From contig NC_082732.1 in the NCBI RefSeq assembly GCF_030144855.1, positions 22,568,001 through 22,632,000 on the forward strand: DNA of 64,000 nucleotides. The letters are read 5' to 3'. The position numbers and the translations under genes are program-made. The notes below the pieces were generated by a model. That model saw only the letters and a program-made list of their open reading frames with translations, did not search any database and was not told where the DNA came from. Shown here piece after piece: positions 40,968 through 53,129 of the stretch (the first letter of the stretch is position 1; each line of letters starts with the position of its first letter). This DNA comes from Hypanus sabinus. Taxonomy: Eukaryota.

Positions 40968-42079
40968 CTAAGTGAGGGAAAAAAAGCCAAGTTCTTAACT
41001 TCCCCAAATCTAGTACAGTCTAGCACGAACAAACAGAGCCTAGGCAGAATTAGGGCACAGATTAATGCTTCACAGTTTGATTGAAAATAAGAGACTAGCA
41101 TTTCAAAGGCAAGTCAACAATCTCAGACCCCAGGCACCAATCTCTTCACAGTCCTCAGAAAGTAGAGCTTCTGGGAAGCTTGTATCAGCAACTAGCAGAT
41201 CTTATACTCATGAAGACTTCATGACTCAGTAGCAAATCCAATAATCTGGTTGAGATAAAGCAATTGGTACAAGAGAAACCAAATACTAAGTTGTATTTGT
41301 TATGTGAATTTGTTTCCATACCATGGTATATCTCCTAATACCCTTCAACTCCTATTTTAAAAAGTGTCTCTTTAAGAAAAGTTATTATCAATTTAATAGC
41401 TCAGAATCCTTTTTTTACATTTCAACACAGTGTTCTAGTATTTTTTAACTTGCCAAAGAACAGCAATTTTCAACATTGTTTTACTTTTGAAACATTTAAA
41501 TCAAAGTGAAGCTTGTTTGCTCTGTGGTACCTTCTGATTGAGGAGGGAAGTTCTATACTATATGATTGCAATATTCTTAAATAGTTTTAAGAAATCAACC
41601 AATCACGACAAAGAAAATCTTAACATTCTTCAGAAACTGAACCTTCAAATTATAATGAAGTTTGTGATAGTTAAAGAAGAATGTTTTTGTGTGTAAGAAA
41701 AAAATCTCTTCAGTTTCAAGCACCTCCAAATTTACTAAAGCACAAATTAAACAACAATGTAAAGTTTCTTCTACACTGTCCCAACAATGTGCTTCTACTT
41801 TGCCCTGTTAACAGCAGGTCACTGACATTTTGAATTGACTACATAATATGTGTTGTATTGAGTCCAACTTAATACTGCAGATGTATTTGTTTTTCCCAAT
41901 TTGGATCAATAATAAAACTAAAGGGCACATTAAAGTTTTATACCCCAGCAGTCAAGGTTGCATTTTAAAATAAACAGTTGAACTAATCTTGTCCAAGAGA
42001 AATCAGAGAGTAACCACAGGTATCGTAACACCAAAACATTTCTGGCATTAAAGGTTCATTTTATTGTCAAAGTACGCAT

Positions 42080-42768
42080 GATATGGTGATGGGTTTGAGG
42101 AAGACTAAGCCTGCACTGCTCCCTGTTACTATTGATGGTGAGGACGTGGATGTGGTGAGGATCTACAAGTGCCTGGGATGCACCTGGATGACAGACTTGA
42201 GTGGGGAACCAACACAGAGGCTGTGTACAAAGAAGGGCCAGAGTGGCTTCAGCTTCCTGAGGAGACTGATGTCCTTTGGAGTGTGCAGGCCATTCCTTCA
42301 CATGTTCTCTCAATCTGTTGTCACCTTCTATGCGGTGGTGTGCTGGGGCAATGGCATCAACACGGGTGACGCCAACAGGCCCAATAAACTGATTAGAAAG
42401 GCTGGCTCTGTTATAGGAGTCAAACTGGACACACTAGAGGGTGTGGTAGAATAAAGGACCCTACGGAAAATCCTGACAATTCCGGGCAATGTTTCTTACC
42501 CTCTGCGTGGCACCTTGGCTGAAGAGAGGAGCACTTTTAGCAATAGACTAAAATGACTGTGCTGCTCCAAAGAGCACTATGTGAGGTAATTTTTATTCCT
42601 GGTCATTGGGCTCGAAAATGAGTCAACCTATAGCCGAGGAAGTGATAACCCTCTCCTGTTAGACTGTTTGAGCTAACTTATATTTTATTCTTCCTTACTT
42701 CTCTGTACACTTGTAATGCTACTGTGGCACTGTAATTTCCTTTGGGATCAATAAAGGATCTACCTATC
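42080..42768 (+). mobile_element. Rex1/Babar-like LINE 3' fragment
   Basis: KKGQS...FLRRLMSFGVC...FYAVVCWG...NKLIRKAGSVIG, with the tail GGGATCAATAAAG. Confidence 0.85.
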
Positions 42769-42863
42769 AATGTACAATACAACTCTGATATTCGTCTTCT
42801 CTAGATAGCCATGAAATGCAGAACAAGGCACTCCTTTATCAGAGATTGATTTTACACTGATGT

Positions 42864-43730
42864 ATTTACTTAGAGATATAGTGCAGAACAGGGCCTTCCA
42901 AACCAATGAGCTGCAATGCCCAGCAACACACCTGTTTTAAGCTTAGCCTGATTCTTAAGGTTGTTAAAGCCAGGGGAGTTGGTGGGGACAAGCTCCCACT
43001 ACCTATTAAATGCTCCCAATGTCATGTGCCTCAAATAGCCTCTGACGACCAACTCCAGCTCCTGGCCTTCATGTGTGTCTTAGCTACCAAGCCCAGCTAA
43101 ACTGTTTCTACTGACAGAAGGGGAAAAGGCGGGGTACTGATGCCATAAAACCAGTCGTTTCGGACAGATGCGGCTCGTCAGCCATGGCTGGTAGCTCATT
43201 TAGGAGAAGGAAAACTCTGATCTCAGACTTCCACCACCTTGCGGCTATGCCCTCTCATGGGGAAGGCTTTGGGAGTAAATCCCAAGGGGAAAATCCGGAG
43301 CTGGAATCCCTACATTGAGTTCAATATCTACTGGCAACTCTCACAACGCTGCTGATACCAAACTGTATCAGTCTCTGCCGTTCCTTTGGGTTCATCAGAT
43401 CCATGGAGAGGGGGAGTTGCTACATGGGCAACAACTTGAACTCCATATTGTATCGCACAAGCTTGCGTATCTAGTCAGCTAGGACACAATATCCATGGTC
43501 AACTCTGTGCGACAGAGGCCCTCACCTCAATCACAGAGCAATTTAGAATGACCAATTATCCTATTAACTGATATATCTTCGGACTGTGGGAGGAAATTGG
43601 AGTGACCAGAGATAACCCACTTGTTCACTGGGAGGAGGTACAAACTCCTTACAGAAGATGCCAGAATTGAACTCCGAGCTCCAACACCCCAAGCTGTGAT
43701 AGTGTTGCTAACTGCTATGTTACCATGGTG
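42864..43730 (-). mobile_element. V-SINE/HE1-like SINE split by an RTE-derived insertion
   Basis: Both halves (42864-42954 and 43528-43730) align contiguously with the intact copy at 51555-51845. Confidence 0.75.
42955..43527 (+). mobile_element. RTE/Expander-like non-autonomous element derived from the 5' UTR
   Basis: Contains TAGGAGAAGGAAAACTCTGA...CCTTGCGGCTAT, typical of RTE-clade 5' UTRs; no ORF. Confidence 0.5.
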
Positions 43731-44014
43731 CCCAGGATTACCATTCGGGTAAATGTGAGTATTTCCACAATGAATGCCAACCTCGACATAAAAATAGAAA
43801 ACAATAATCAAAAAAGTAACTTGTGCTCCCTGCCCATCTTTTAATCAACGTGCAAATATAAAGCCATGTAAATATTAACTTTGAGATCTTATGGCCAAGA
43901 ACAGCTACGCTTTAATTATGAACCAATAGTTCAATTAATCCGTTTTAGAATCCCGGTCATCATGTTGTTGCTCTGAGCAACAAAGAGGATTCAGTGCCTT
44001 CCCAACGTAAGTGA

Positions 44015-44157
44015 TGAATAAACTCTTCTTGGGCTTCCAGCCAGGGACAGGTATCAATTATGACCGACGTTATGATGAAGGTAGCAGAGCCAGTCATTGA
44101 AATGCCATTTATAATTGATACCTAAACCCGGTTGGAAGCCCAATAAGAGTTTGTTCA
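44015..44157. repeat. Palindromic (inverted pLTR) element with ~47-bp arms
   Basis: TGAATAAACTCTTCTTGGGCTTCCAGCC...GGTTGGAAGCCCAATAAGAGTTTGTTCA; homologous to 38022-38106. Confidence 0.8.
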
Positions 44158-44410
44158 CAATGCTACCCAGGAGATTCAATACAATTGCTACCAAAATGAA
44201 TTAAATACAATTAATTCATAATTGTATTTAAGGTGATGGCTGGAATTTTTTTCTGGTTACGCAAATGAAATATGTGTCAGTAGGTGATACATAAAACAAC
44301 AGAGATAGCATTAAATGCTTTTAGTTTCCGTAGAATATTCAATACCCAGTTATGTTCCAGGAAACAAATAAATATGTGAATCCATTCCACACCAAATAAT
44401 ACCCACCTAC

Positions 44411-44531
44411 CTTCTGTGGAACTCGGTGAACCATTCAGTTTGTCATTCAGCGTCTGAGGTGCTGAATTTTTCTGTATGTTTCCCACATTAGGAATGCTGT
44501 GTTTCACAGATCCAGAGGTTGGAGAAAATTC
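44411..44531 (-). CDS. FBLIM1: FBLIM1 coding exon 3
   Basis: aaccag|GAA TTT... = EFSPTSGSVKHSIPNVG...SPSSTE(D)|gtaggt; 121 nt, converts phase 0 to phase 1 as the LIM1 exon requires. Confidence 0.8.
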
Positions 44532-44722
44532 CTGGTTTTAAAAAAGTACATTAGAGAATTTATTTCACTCTCTTTTTCTAGTTTTTTTCCCACCTCATGA
44601 CAGGAAAATAAGGCTGTACATGTAGTGTCTGACATATCAAAAGTTCATAAGTTTGCAAAGATGCATATCTTACTGATACTCGCACGGCAAAATAGATGAA
44701 GAAGAAAAATTAAGCCTCCTAC

Positions 44723-44907
44723 CTGCCGTCTAGGGCCTGGTCCACCAGTTGGTTTCTGCACATTGGATTGTTTGGAGTCATTTACAGATGGAGCTGCCCT
44801 CTCATGGGAAAGCAGAGGTGGAGGAGGAGGAGGAAGTGGCATCTCACTGGGGTAAAATGCATCTCTTATGTTTTCTGGAGCAGGTGGAGGGGGAGGAGGC
44901 GGGTAAT
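44723..44907 (-). CDS. FBLIM1: FBLIM1 coding exon 2 (proline-rich)
   Basis: ttcgcag|AT TAC CCG... = DYPPPPPPPAPENIRDAFYPSEMPLPPPPPPLL...PRRQ|gtagga; 185 nt, frame-compatible with both neighbours. Confidence 0.88.
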
Positions 44908-45146
44908 CTGCGAAAGAAGAGTGTGTAATATGGACAGGTAAAGTTGTTAAGACTAAGGCACATCCACATCATGGGACATTTCTGCCATAGATCGATTAGA
45001 GTGACAGAAACCGTTCTGAACCAAAAAGTGTTCGGGCACTCAGCTGCTTTAAAATGAACAATGAAAATTTAAAATATCAACAATTACTGTTAACTTTCTT
45101 ATGAAGTTTTATGCCTGTTACTTAATCTCACTGAGCAGATTCAAGA

Positions 45147-45253
45147 AGGGTTTTGGAAGGGTCTCGGCCCGAAACGTCAACAGTGCTTCTCCCTACAGAT
45201 GCTGCCTGGCCTGCTGTGTTCTACCAGCATTTTGTGTGTGTGTATTGTTGTGT
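45147..45253 (+). mobile_element. Penelope pLTR mini-insertion with 10-bp TSD
   Basis: AGATTCAAGA at 45137-45146 and 45254-45263; contains AGGGTCTCGGCCCGAAACGTC. Confidence 0.8.
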
Positions 45254-45819
45254 AGATTCAAGACTCCACTGTCTTTCCTGGAGGCTCATTACAAGATGTG
45301 GAAATGCAAGCTTTTCCTCTGAAATTTTCTTAAAACACCCATATTTTGTACAAACTTGCAATAAGTGTCGGAAGGATTTTTAGTTGTGTATCCGTGACAG
45401 TCAAATCCAATTCTAGTTTTACCTGATGCATTACATACATACATTTTGCGGCAGGAATCACTGGATAATGATCACAGAAGTTCGTAAAGTCTGGTTGTTT
45501 TTTCCCTTCTGCCAAACAAAGGGGTGCTGAGATAAGTGAATTAAGGACTGATATAGAATTGAATGTGGACTGCCCTTATCTGTATGGATCAGTAATGCAT
45601 TTCTCCACTACGCCTTTGGGGCAGAGCTGCAATCAAATTACCTTAGACATTGCCATTTCCACCTGCGTCTTTACCCTAGTGCAATCTAAACAATCTGAAA
45701 TTGGATAGTAGCCCTGATTCATCACCTCAGACTAAGCCCACTGTGAGTTCCTCAGAAATTGATTAGAATAAAGTCACACTGATGAGAGATTGAGACAAAC
45801 TGAAGCAGACTTTCCTTAC

Positions 45820-46051
45820 CTTCGCTAGCAGGATGTACATCTTGTTGCACGGTCGCTGCCACTCCTTTCCTACCCACATTCTCAAACCTATTGGAGGAGG
45901 TCCCGGATCTAGGTGCTGATGGCGCTAATTTTTGATATCTATTGTCGGCCACCCTTGCAGCTTCAAGAGGTTTATACGTCTTCGGGGTGCTGATAGTCCC
46001 GGGAGTAGCAAGTTGGATATAAACTGAAGAAACCTTTCTTATCTGAGACAT
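45820..46051 (-). CDS. FBLIM1: FBLIM1 coding exon 1 (filamin-binding N-terminus)
   Basis: MSQIRKVSSVYIQLATPG resembles the migfilin filamin-binding motif KRVASSVFITLAPP. Acceptor tttctgcag| with exon start at 46067, ATG at 46051, donor AAG|gtaagg; 232 nt, phase 1. Confidence 0.9.
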
Positions 46052-46746
46052 CCTCGATTCGCAATGCCTGCAGAAACAAACGATAATACCGGACTTGAGA
46101 CTCTTTGGCCTGGGGTACATCTGACTCTCTGCAGAGTCCCGGCAGATGATAAAAGGTAAATATCAGCTGTGGTTGCTGAAACACAGATTAACTGAGGTGC
46201 TCAGAAAATAACCTGAAATGTTTAAAACAAACTTCCGTTATACTTGAAAGACCAGTCATTGTATTTCAGACAAGATGAATGTATGGCTGTTTCTCCAGTT
46301 CTCAAATCCTGACAGCAGAGAGGTCCTGTCCATTGGAGAGGGCCAATAAACAGATTAGTTTCTTGCCTATTCAAGTGTATTTCTCTTTAGGTTTCTGAAT
46401 TTCTTCTCTCAGAGAGCAATGGTCCTCTGGAATTCTTTGCCCCCGAGAGTGGCATGGACACCAGATCATTAGATACACCGTATTTAAAGTGAAAATAGAT
46501 AAGTATTTGAAAGATCAAGGAATTGAGGGTTATGAGGAACTGGCACAAAAAAGGAGTTGAAGCCAGCTTATACCGGCTATGAGCATATTGATACAGGGAA
46601 GGCTTGATGATGTTGATTAATATTAGAGTGAGTTACCAGTCTTTGGTAAGTTGTGCTGACACAGGCAAGACAACATCCTTCCTACCAAGGAAGAAGAGTG
46701 ATAAGATGCAAGGAATGAATCTTACGGGAGCTCAAAGAGGGGTCTT

Positions 46747-46915
46747 GAGCAACACAACAAAATGCTGGCGGAGCTCGGCAGGTCAGTCAGCATCTCTGGA
46801 AGGAAGTGAACTGTTGACATTTCACCAAGACCCTTCAGGCTGCTTGACCTTCTGAATTCCTCCAGCAATTTATATCTGTTATTCAAGATTTCCAGCATCT
46901 GCTGAACTTCTTGTA
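46747..46915. mobile_element. Inverted pLTR mini-insertion with 15-bp TSD
   Basis: TCAAAGAGGGGTCTT at 46732-46746 and 46916-46930; pLTR pieces in both orientations. Confidence 0.8.
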
Positions 46916-48024
46916 TCAAAGAGGGGTCTTCAAGCAGGATGGCTTCCCAAAGTTGACCTCATGTTGATGCATTGACATTCACGGTTCTGTTACAAACACA
47001 CCTATTTTGTCCAAATACATCAGGACCCAGCCCTCACTCCTTTTATGTTTTCAGATAAAACAAATCAATAGGAGAATTTTGATGGAAATTACCAAATTAT
47101 AAACCGAAAATGACAAGACCTTTAGGAAGAGCATGTGCCTTTCTGTTAGACTCAGCAGCTGCAACCAGATGGACAAAGTAGTTGAAAATTCCACTTATAG
47201 TGAGGAGCAAATGATATTGCAAACTGTATTTTTTTGCTTCCACAGCCTGCACCAATCCTCTATAGGCAGTCATTCAGATACATGTTGCTTCAAGGATACT
47301 GTATAATGTGTTGTTTGGCACATGCAATTAAAAAGACTCAGAACATTAATAACCCATTTGGCCCTGATATCCAATGTGACTTGTCACAATGGTGATCATA
47401 ATGATACCAGCAGCCCTCCATAAAGGACATAAATCATAGAAAGATAGCCACCTTCTAGGGCCTCGGACTCGGTACAAACAAACCAAGCAAATACTGTGGC
47501 TTAGGTGCAGCCTTGACCTTCCTGAAACTGTTAATGCGCCGTGCAAATTCTAAGAAAATGACTGATTGCAATGCCCCTCCCAGAACTAGGTGTGCTGAGC
47601 AGGTCGTTCAAAGCTCAAATCTATGAGTACACAATGCCGACTGATCCCAGGGTTTATTGGGTTCACGAGTAGTTGTGGCACAGGTAATTTGGCTGCCGTC
47701 CCAAAACATAGTGGGGTGAAACAAATCAGCAAAAGTTCCTGCTCTCAACCCACTCCAACCTCTTCCGCTTACACTATTTAATGATTCTACGATAAGACCA
47801 ACTCCTTTGTAAGTTGCCTAGCAGATGACGCATTTCAAACAAGAATTGGTCTGTCAATTTTGCATTAGACACACCTAGCTGAAATATTCAGGTGTTTCAT
47901 TTGCTGAGAATTATTTCTGTTTCAGCTAGTAGTTTGTATGGTTAATTTTACTTAAAAGAAAGGAAGAAGACTGAATGGACCATTCAACTTTTTATTTGCT
48001 GGGATGGATAAGAGCATTTCACTT

Positions 48025-48280
48025 AAGACCATAAGATTTAGGAGCAGAATTAGGCCATTTGGCCCATCGAGACTGCTCCACCATTATATCATGGCTGATC
48101 CAATTTTCCTCTCAGCCCCAATCTCTTGCCTTCTCCTTATATTCCTTTAAGCCCTGACCAATCAAGGATCTATCAACCTCTGCCTTAAATATACAAAAAG
48201 TCTTGGTCTCCACAGCTGCCTGTGGCAAAGAATTCCACAGATTCACCATGCCCCGACTAAAAAAAATGCTCTTCATATAA
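48025..48280 (-). mobile_element. CR1 3' end
   Basis: AGGAGCAGAATTAGGCCATTTGGCCCATCGAG, the reverse of the CR1 tail. Confidence 0.8.
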
Positions 48281-48605
48281 CAAGCCATTCAATGCTGGAC
48301 GTATTTAATCCTCTTCGTATGTTTTGATATACTTAAAGACAAGTACTCTCAAAAAGTAGAGCAGCACCCACTATTTGAGTGCATTTCTGAAGAACAATGA
48401 GGTACCAGAGGATGGCCAAAGGCTGTGAAGCTAATGTTCGGCTCACATCTGCCCAATCAGTAAAGGAGGGAAGAACACAGTGGGAAACAACGTAGCAGGA
48501 ACAATACCCAAGCCGGCTTGAAAAAGACAGTTTATAAGTATTTACTGTATGTTACTGGTTGACACCTATAATCCAATTGTACTCAGAGTTCCCTGGAGCA
48601 CTTAC

Positions 48606-48830
48606 CAAAACTGTAGTACTTGCTGTAGGAAGGCCAACAGCCCTGGAGGGTTTATAATCCACTAGCACACCTCTTTCAGAGTCTGCAAGCAGAACCACTC
48701 TGAGTCTAAACTGGTTCTAATTATCTCCTTCCCTCACTCAGGGATAGCCTGTCCGCCTACCTCTGCTTCACTTTACCATAAAAGGAGAATGAATTCCTCA
48801 GGCATTAGTACAGCAAACAGGAAGCTGCTC
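48606..48830 (-). promoter_or_regulatory. Candidate FBLIM1 promoter and short non-coding first exon
   Basis: Perfect CArG box CCATAAAAGG at 48776-48785, TATAAA on the minus strand at 48651-48656, and a strong donor TTG|gtaagt at 48605. The coding exon 1 has an acceptor, so an upstream exon is required. Confidence 0.4.
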
Positions 48831-49419
48831 CCTAACCTATCCACTCCGCACAGACTCCGTTATCCATAATCAAACTTCTGTTTAAAAAAACGCACTATAA
48901 TGCGGTTCTAAGATAAGGCCAGTCACTCTGGAAGTTTTTTGACAGATAATGTATTTCACACAAGAAATAGCCTGTTCATTTTTGCATCATCTCCTCCAGC
49001 TGAAACATCCAGGTGCTGTTTACAGAGAGTTCTTTGTATTCTAGTTAAAATCTTGTGTGATTAATTTTACTTAAAAGAGAAAGGAAGGGGACTGAAGGAA
49101 CATTGCACCCCTGTGACTTCTAGCTTCCCCAGAATTCCCTTTCCTTTTAGACGACTGCCTGCTGGAGATGAGTAAAGGCAATCCATGTTAACCCTTTGAG
49201 TTCTGTAAGCCATTATTTCAGGAAAGGCATCTAGAGAGAGCTTCTCTGAAAGACAACTTTCTTGTCTTTTGCGAAGTAATTATGAAATTATGTCTTTCAT
49301 GAAGTAAGTAAAGATGAAGTAATATAATAAGACAGAAAAAAAGAACTGGGCCAGGTAGGAAAAGATCTTTTTTTTGGTGAATATTTTTCCACTTTAACTT
49401 GCAGAATGTTAGTCCCTAA

Positions 49420-50045
49420 AATTGGAATTGGTTTATTATTGTCACATGCACTGAGACACAGTGAAAAGCTTATTTCACACTTCTTTACACAGGGCATTGA
49501 ACAAGGTAAAACAATAACATTGCAGAATAATGTGTAACTTGCTGCAGAGAAAACGTGGAAATAATAAGGTGCAAAAAAATCGTAACGAGGTAACCTGTGA
49601 GGTCAAGAGTCCAACTTATCGCAGTGGGGAATATTTAATCTAACAGCGGGGTAGAAGTTGCCTTTGAGATTGGTGGTAGGTGCTGTCAGGCACTTGTATC
49701 TTCTGCCCAGTGGAAGAAAGCAGAAAAGAGAATGTCTGGGGTGGGTAGGGTCTTTGATCGTGGGGCTGTGAGAAGTAAAGGCAGAGTCCATAGAGGGAAA
49801 GCTCTATGTGCTTAGCTGTGTCCACAACTGCAGGTGGAGGCGAAGGCCAAGTCATTGAGTATAGTTAAAGTGGAAGAGGATAGTTTCTTGATTAGTAAGA
49901 GCATAAAAGGTTACGGGGGGGTGGGGGGGGGGAGGCAGGAGAATGGGGTTGAGGGGGATAATAAATCAGCCATGATGGAATGGTGGAATAGACTCAATAG
50001 ACCAAATGGCCTAATTCTGCTCCTATGCCTTTTGATCTACGGTCT
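49420..50045. mobile_element. Antisense Rex1-like 3' end (49420-49835) abutting a sense CR1 3' end (49835-50045)
   Basis: TIKDPTHPRHSLF..LPLGRRYK on the minus strand, then GGCCTAATTCTGCTCCTATG on the plus strand. Confidence 0.75.
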
Positions 50046-51554
50046 GTAACACTGTTTGTGAAAGTCACACAAAGAGTGAGGGTTTAGTGTAGTGTTATTG
50101 AATAACCACATGTAACAGCACACTGAAAAATGGCATTAGCGATTTCAGTGCAGTATTTCCTACTCTTGTGTTGCAAGTTCTTGCATTTGTCCACATGTAG
50201 GCCACAGATGCAATCTTTGCAGCCAGTGCTTAAAGGCATAAAACATAAAACATTTCCAATTCCGGGACAGGAGTGAACCGAGGCTGCAGTGATGGGAGAG
50301 GGGCGGGAGAGCGGTCCCAAAAGGTTGAAGGGACTTGGAAGGCTTGTGAAGGAGACATTTGTTTTGTGCACAGAATCCGCCAGGGCTACGACATGTTCCT
50401 GCAAGGGCATGAGTGCAGTGTGGGTCTGTGGTCTACGTCTTGAGATCATCTACAACGTAAGTAAATGCTACTCTCAAAGGCAAAGAAAAAGAGATCAAAT
50501 CTTTTCTTCATCTCTTTGGAGGCCTCGCTAATGTTGCAGCAATCAGAAGACTAGGACGTGTGGCAGAGTTCAGCAGCAGCATCTGAAATCATCCTGAGGC
50601 GAGGAGGCTGAGTTCCAACCCTACCTACCAAAAAGACCGAGGCTTCTGAAGACACAGGCAACCATGGGTCTCCAAGAATACAAAAAAAATGCGGTTGGAG
50701 CATTAATAGCACAATTTCAGGAACTTGGCGTTAAACTCTGCTTTGTGAATGAATAAGAAATGAGAGACAATTAAGATTGAAAGATAAATTTTGCAGTGCT
50801 TGTGTCTGCTATTGTCATCCGTTGTGGGAAATTTGCGCCAGAAAAAGAACATTCTAGAGAGAACAACATTTCTGTCAAAGATATCAAATATAATTTTGGT
50901 TCCATAGTGTGTACCCAGCCCCTTATCGCAAAGAGTTAAATTTCCTGCCAGTCATAAATATACCCAGAAATGTGTGTAAGATAATAACCATTCCACGTCA
51001 AGCTGATTTCAACAGGGTTTTGTCAAAACAGTTTTAGCTATTGGTATCCCATTAATTACTCACAAGTCAGTACAAGATGTACTAAATGCAGATTAAAAAC
51101 CCCTTTCATATTGCCCGGTTAAACAAGATCATATCAGTAAGCACTTACGTGAAATTCGGTGGTGAAGCTCCTTCCGTACTGCTCCAAGTATTCCTTGCCA
51201 ATTAAACAGAGTTAGATACAAAATGAGGTGACCTCTACACTATCTTAACCAAACACCTTATCTCAGGGGCACAGCTGAGGAATACTATATCATTTCCAGC
51301 ATCAATCTTCCTTCGGGGTTACAATCCAAACTATGCCTGGCTCAAAAGGTCCATGTTTGAGCTCCATTTCAAAGAATCCAATGCACTATGACTTTTGGAT
51401 GCTGTCTGTGTGGAGTTTGCGTGCTCTAGCTGGGTTTCCTCTGGGTGCTCTGGATTTCTTTCCAAATCCCAAAGATGTGTGGGTTTGTTGATTCCTTAGC
51501 CATACCAATTTGTCCCTATTGTGTTGATCAGTGGAGTTGGTAAGATATACATAT

Positions 51555-51845
51555 TACTTAATTATTGAAATGCAGTGTGGAATAGGCCCTTCCAGCCCTT
51601 CAAGGTCATACTGCCCCAGCAATTCCCCCCCCCCCCAGTTTAATCCTGGCCTAATCTCAGGACAATTTACAATGACCAGTTAACCTACCAACTGGTAGGT
51701 CCTTGGACTGTGGGAGGGAACTAGGAGGAAACCCACACCAGTCACGGTGAGAACGTACAAACTCCTTACAGGCAGAGGCAGGAATTGAACCCAGGTCGCT
51801 TGTACTGTGAACCATTGTGCTAACCACTACACTGCTGCACCGCCC
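51555..51845 (-). mobile_element. V-SINE/HE1-like SINE
   Basis: Antisense tRNA head (GGAATTGAACCCAGG...CTAACCACTACAC) and V-domain GAGAACGTACAAACTCC. Confidence 0.8.
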
Positions 51846-51889
51846 CCAATATGAGGAGAATGAAAAGAGATGAGTGTAAAATGGATGCT

Positions 51890-52590
51890 TGATGCAACAA
51901 GACCTGGGCAATATCCAGGCCTCGGTTAAGTGGCAAGTAACATTCACATCACATGATTGCTAGGCAGTGTCCATATCCAACAAGAGAAAATCTTGCTATT
52001 GCTCCGATATTCAATGACATTACCATCACTGAATCCACTGCTATAAATATACTGGGAGTTCCCATGGCCCAGAAGCTGAACTGGAGCAGCCATATACAAT
52101 GTGACTACAATAGCCGATCTGACACGAGGACCTCACCTCCTAAATCCCAAAGCCGGGGTCGTCAGGAACATGCTGGAATCTTCTCCACCTAACTGGAGGA
52201 GTGCGACTCCAACAACACTCATAGAGCGCTTTAGGGAGGCGCTCCACCCCCCAGCATTCACTCCCCACCACCGCAGCAGCACTTTGCTCCGTGTCCTGCA
52301 GCAGCTCACAAGGGCTCTTCAGACATCACTAACCAAACCCACAACCTCTACCGGTTGAAAGGGCGACAGCAACAAGGGCACCGGACCGCCGCCACCTGGA
52401 AGATGCCCTTCGAGTCACAGACCATCCTGACTTGGAAAGATATCACCATTCCTGTGCAATGGCTGGGGCCAAGTCCTGGAGCTCGCTCCCTAACAACACT
52501 GAGGGCACAGCCACACCTCACTGTAGCAGGTCAGGAGGGCAGCCCACCACCTCCTTCTCAAGGGCAATTAGGGATGCTGGCTCTGCCTGT
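51890..52590 (+). mobile_element. CR1/L2-group LINE 3' fragment
   Basis: QQDLGNIQA..KWQVTF and NILGV..QKLNWSSHI, with the tail CCACCACCTCCTTCTCAAGGGCAATTAGGGATG. A related RT fragment lies at ~56440-57260. Confidence 0.75.
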
Positions 52591-53129
52591 GAAGGAGTAA
52601 TAACAAGATGGCGGAGCAACACGCACCAAATTCTGTTGACAACATCTATCGAAATGAATAAACAGTTGATGTTTTGGGCTGAGGCCCTTCTTCTGGACTG
52701 CATTAGCATCTGCAGACTTTCTCTTGCTAATAATTGTTTGTCTTGCTGTTAGAAGTGCAGTACAGAGTGCACATCAGACACACTTATAGATGTGACAGAA
52801 AACCCTGCACAGTCTGGCCTCTAATGTGGATGAGCAGATCCCAAAGCATCATCATCATTATGTGTGATGTGAGCGATTATGGTCTTTCCAGGGCCATGAT
52901 TATTCTTGGCAAATTTTTTAACAGAATCCCTCTTATGGACAGCGTCTTTACAAGATGGGTGAGCCCAGCCATTGTCAATATTCTCTTCAGAGGTTGTCTG
53001 CCTGGAGTCAGTAGTCGCAGAACCAGTAATATGCACCGGCTGCTCATACGACCATCCACCACCTGATCCATGGCTTCTCATGGGGGTGTGGGGCTAAGCA
53101 GATGCTACATTTTGCCCAAGGATGACTTG

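Noticed and set aside
46052-46120. Upstream in-frame ATG (MYPRPK...) as the FBLIM1 start
   Set aside because: It lies upstream of a strong acceptor at 46067, and homology begins at the ATG at 46051.
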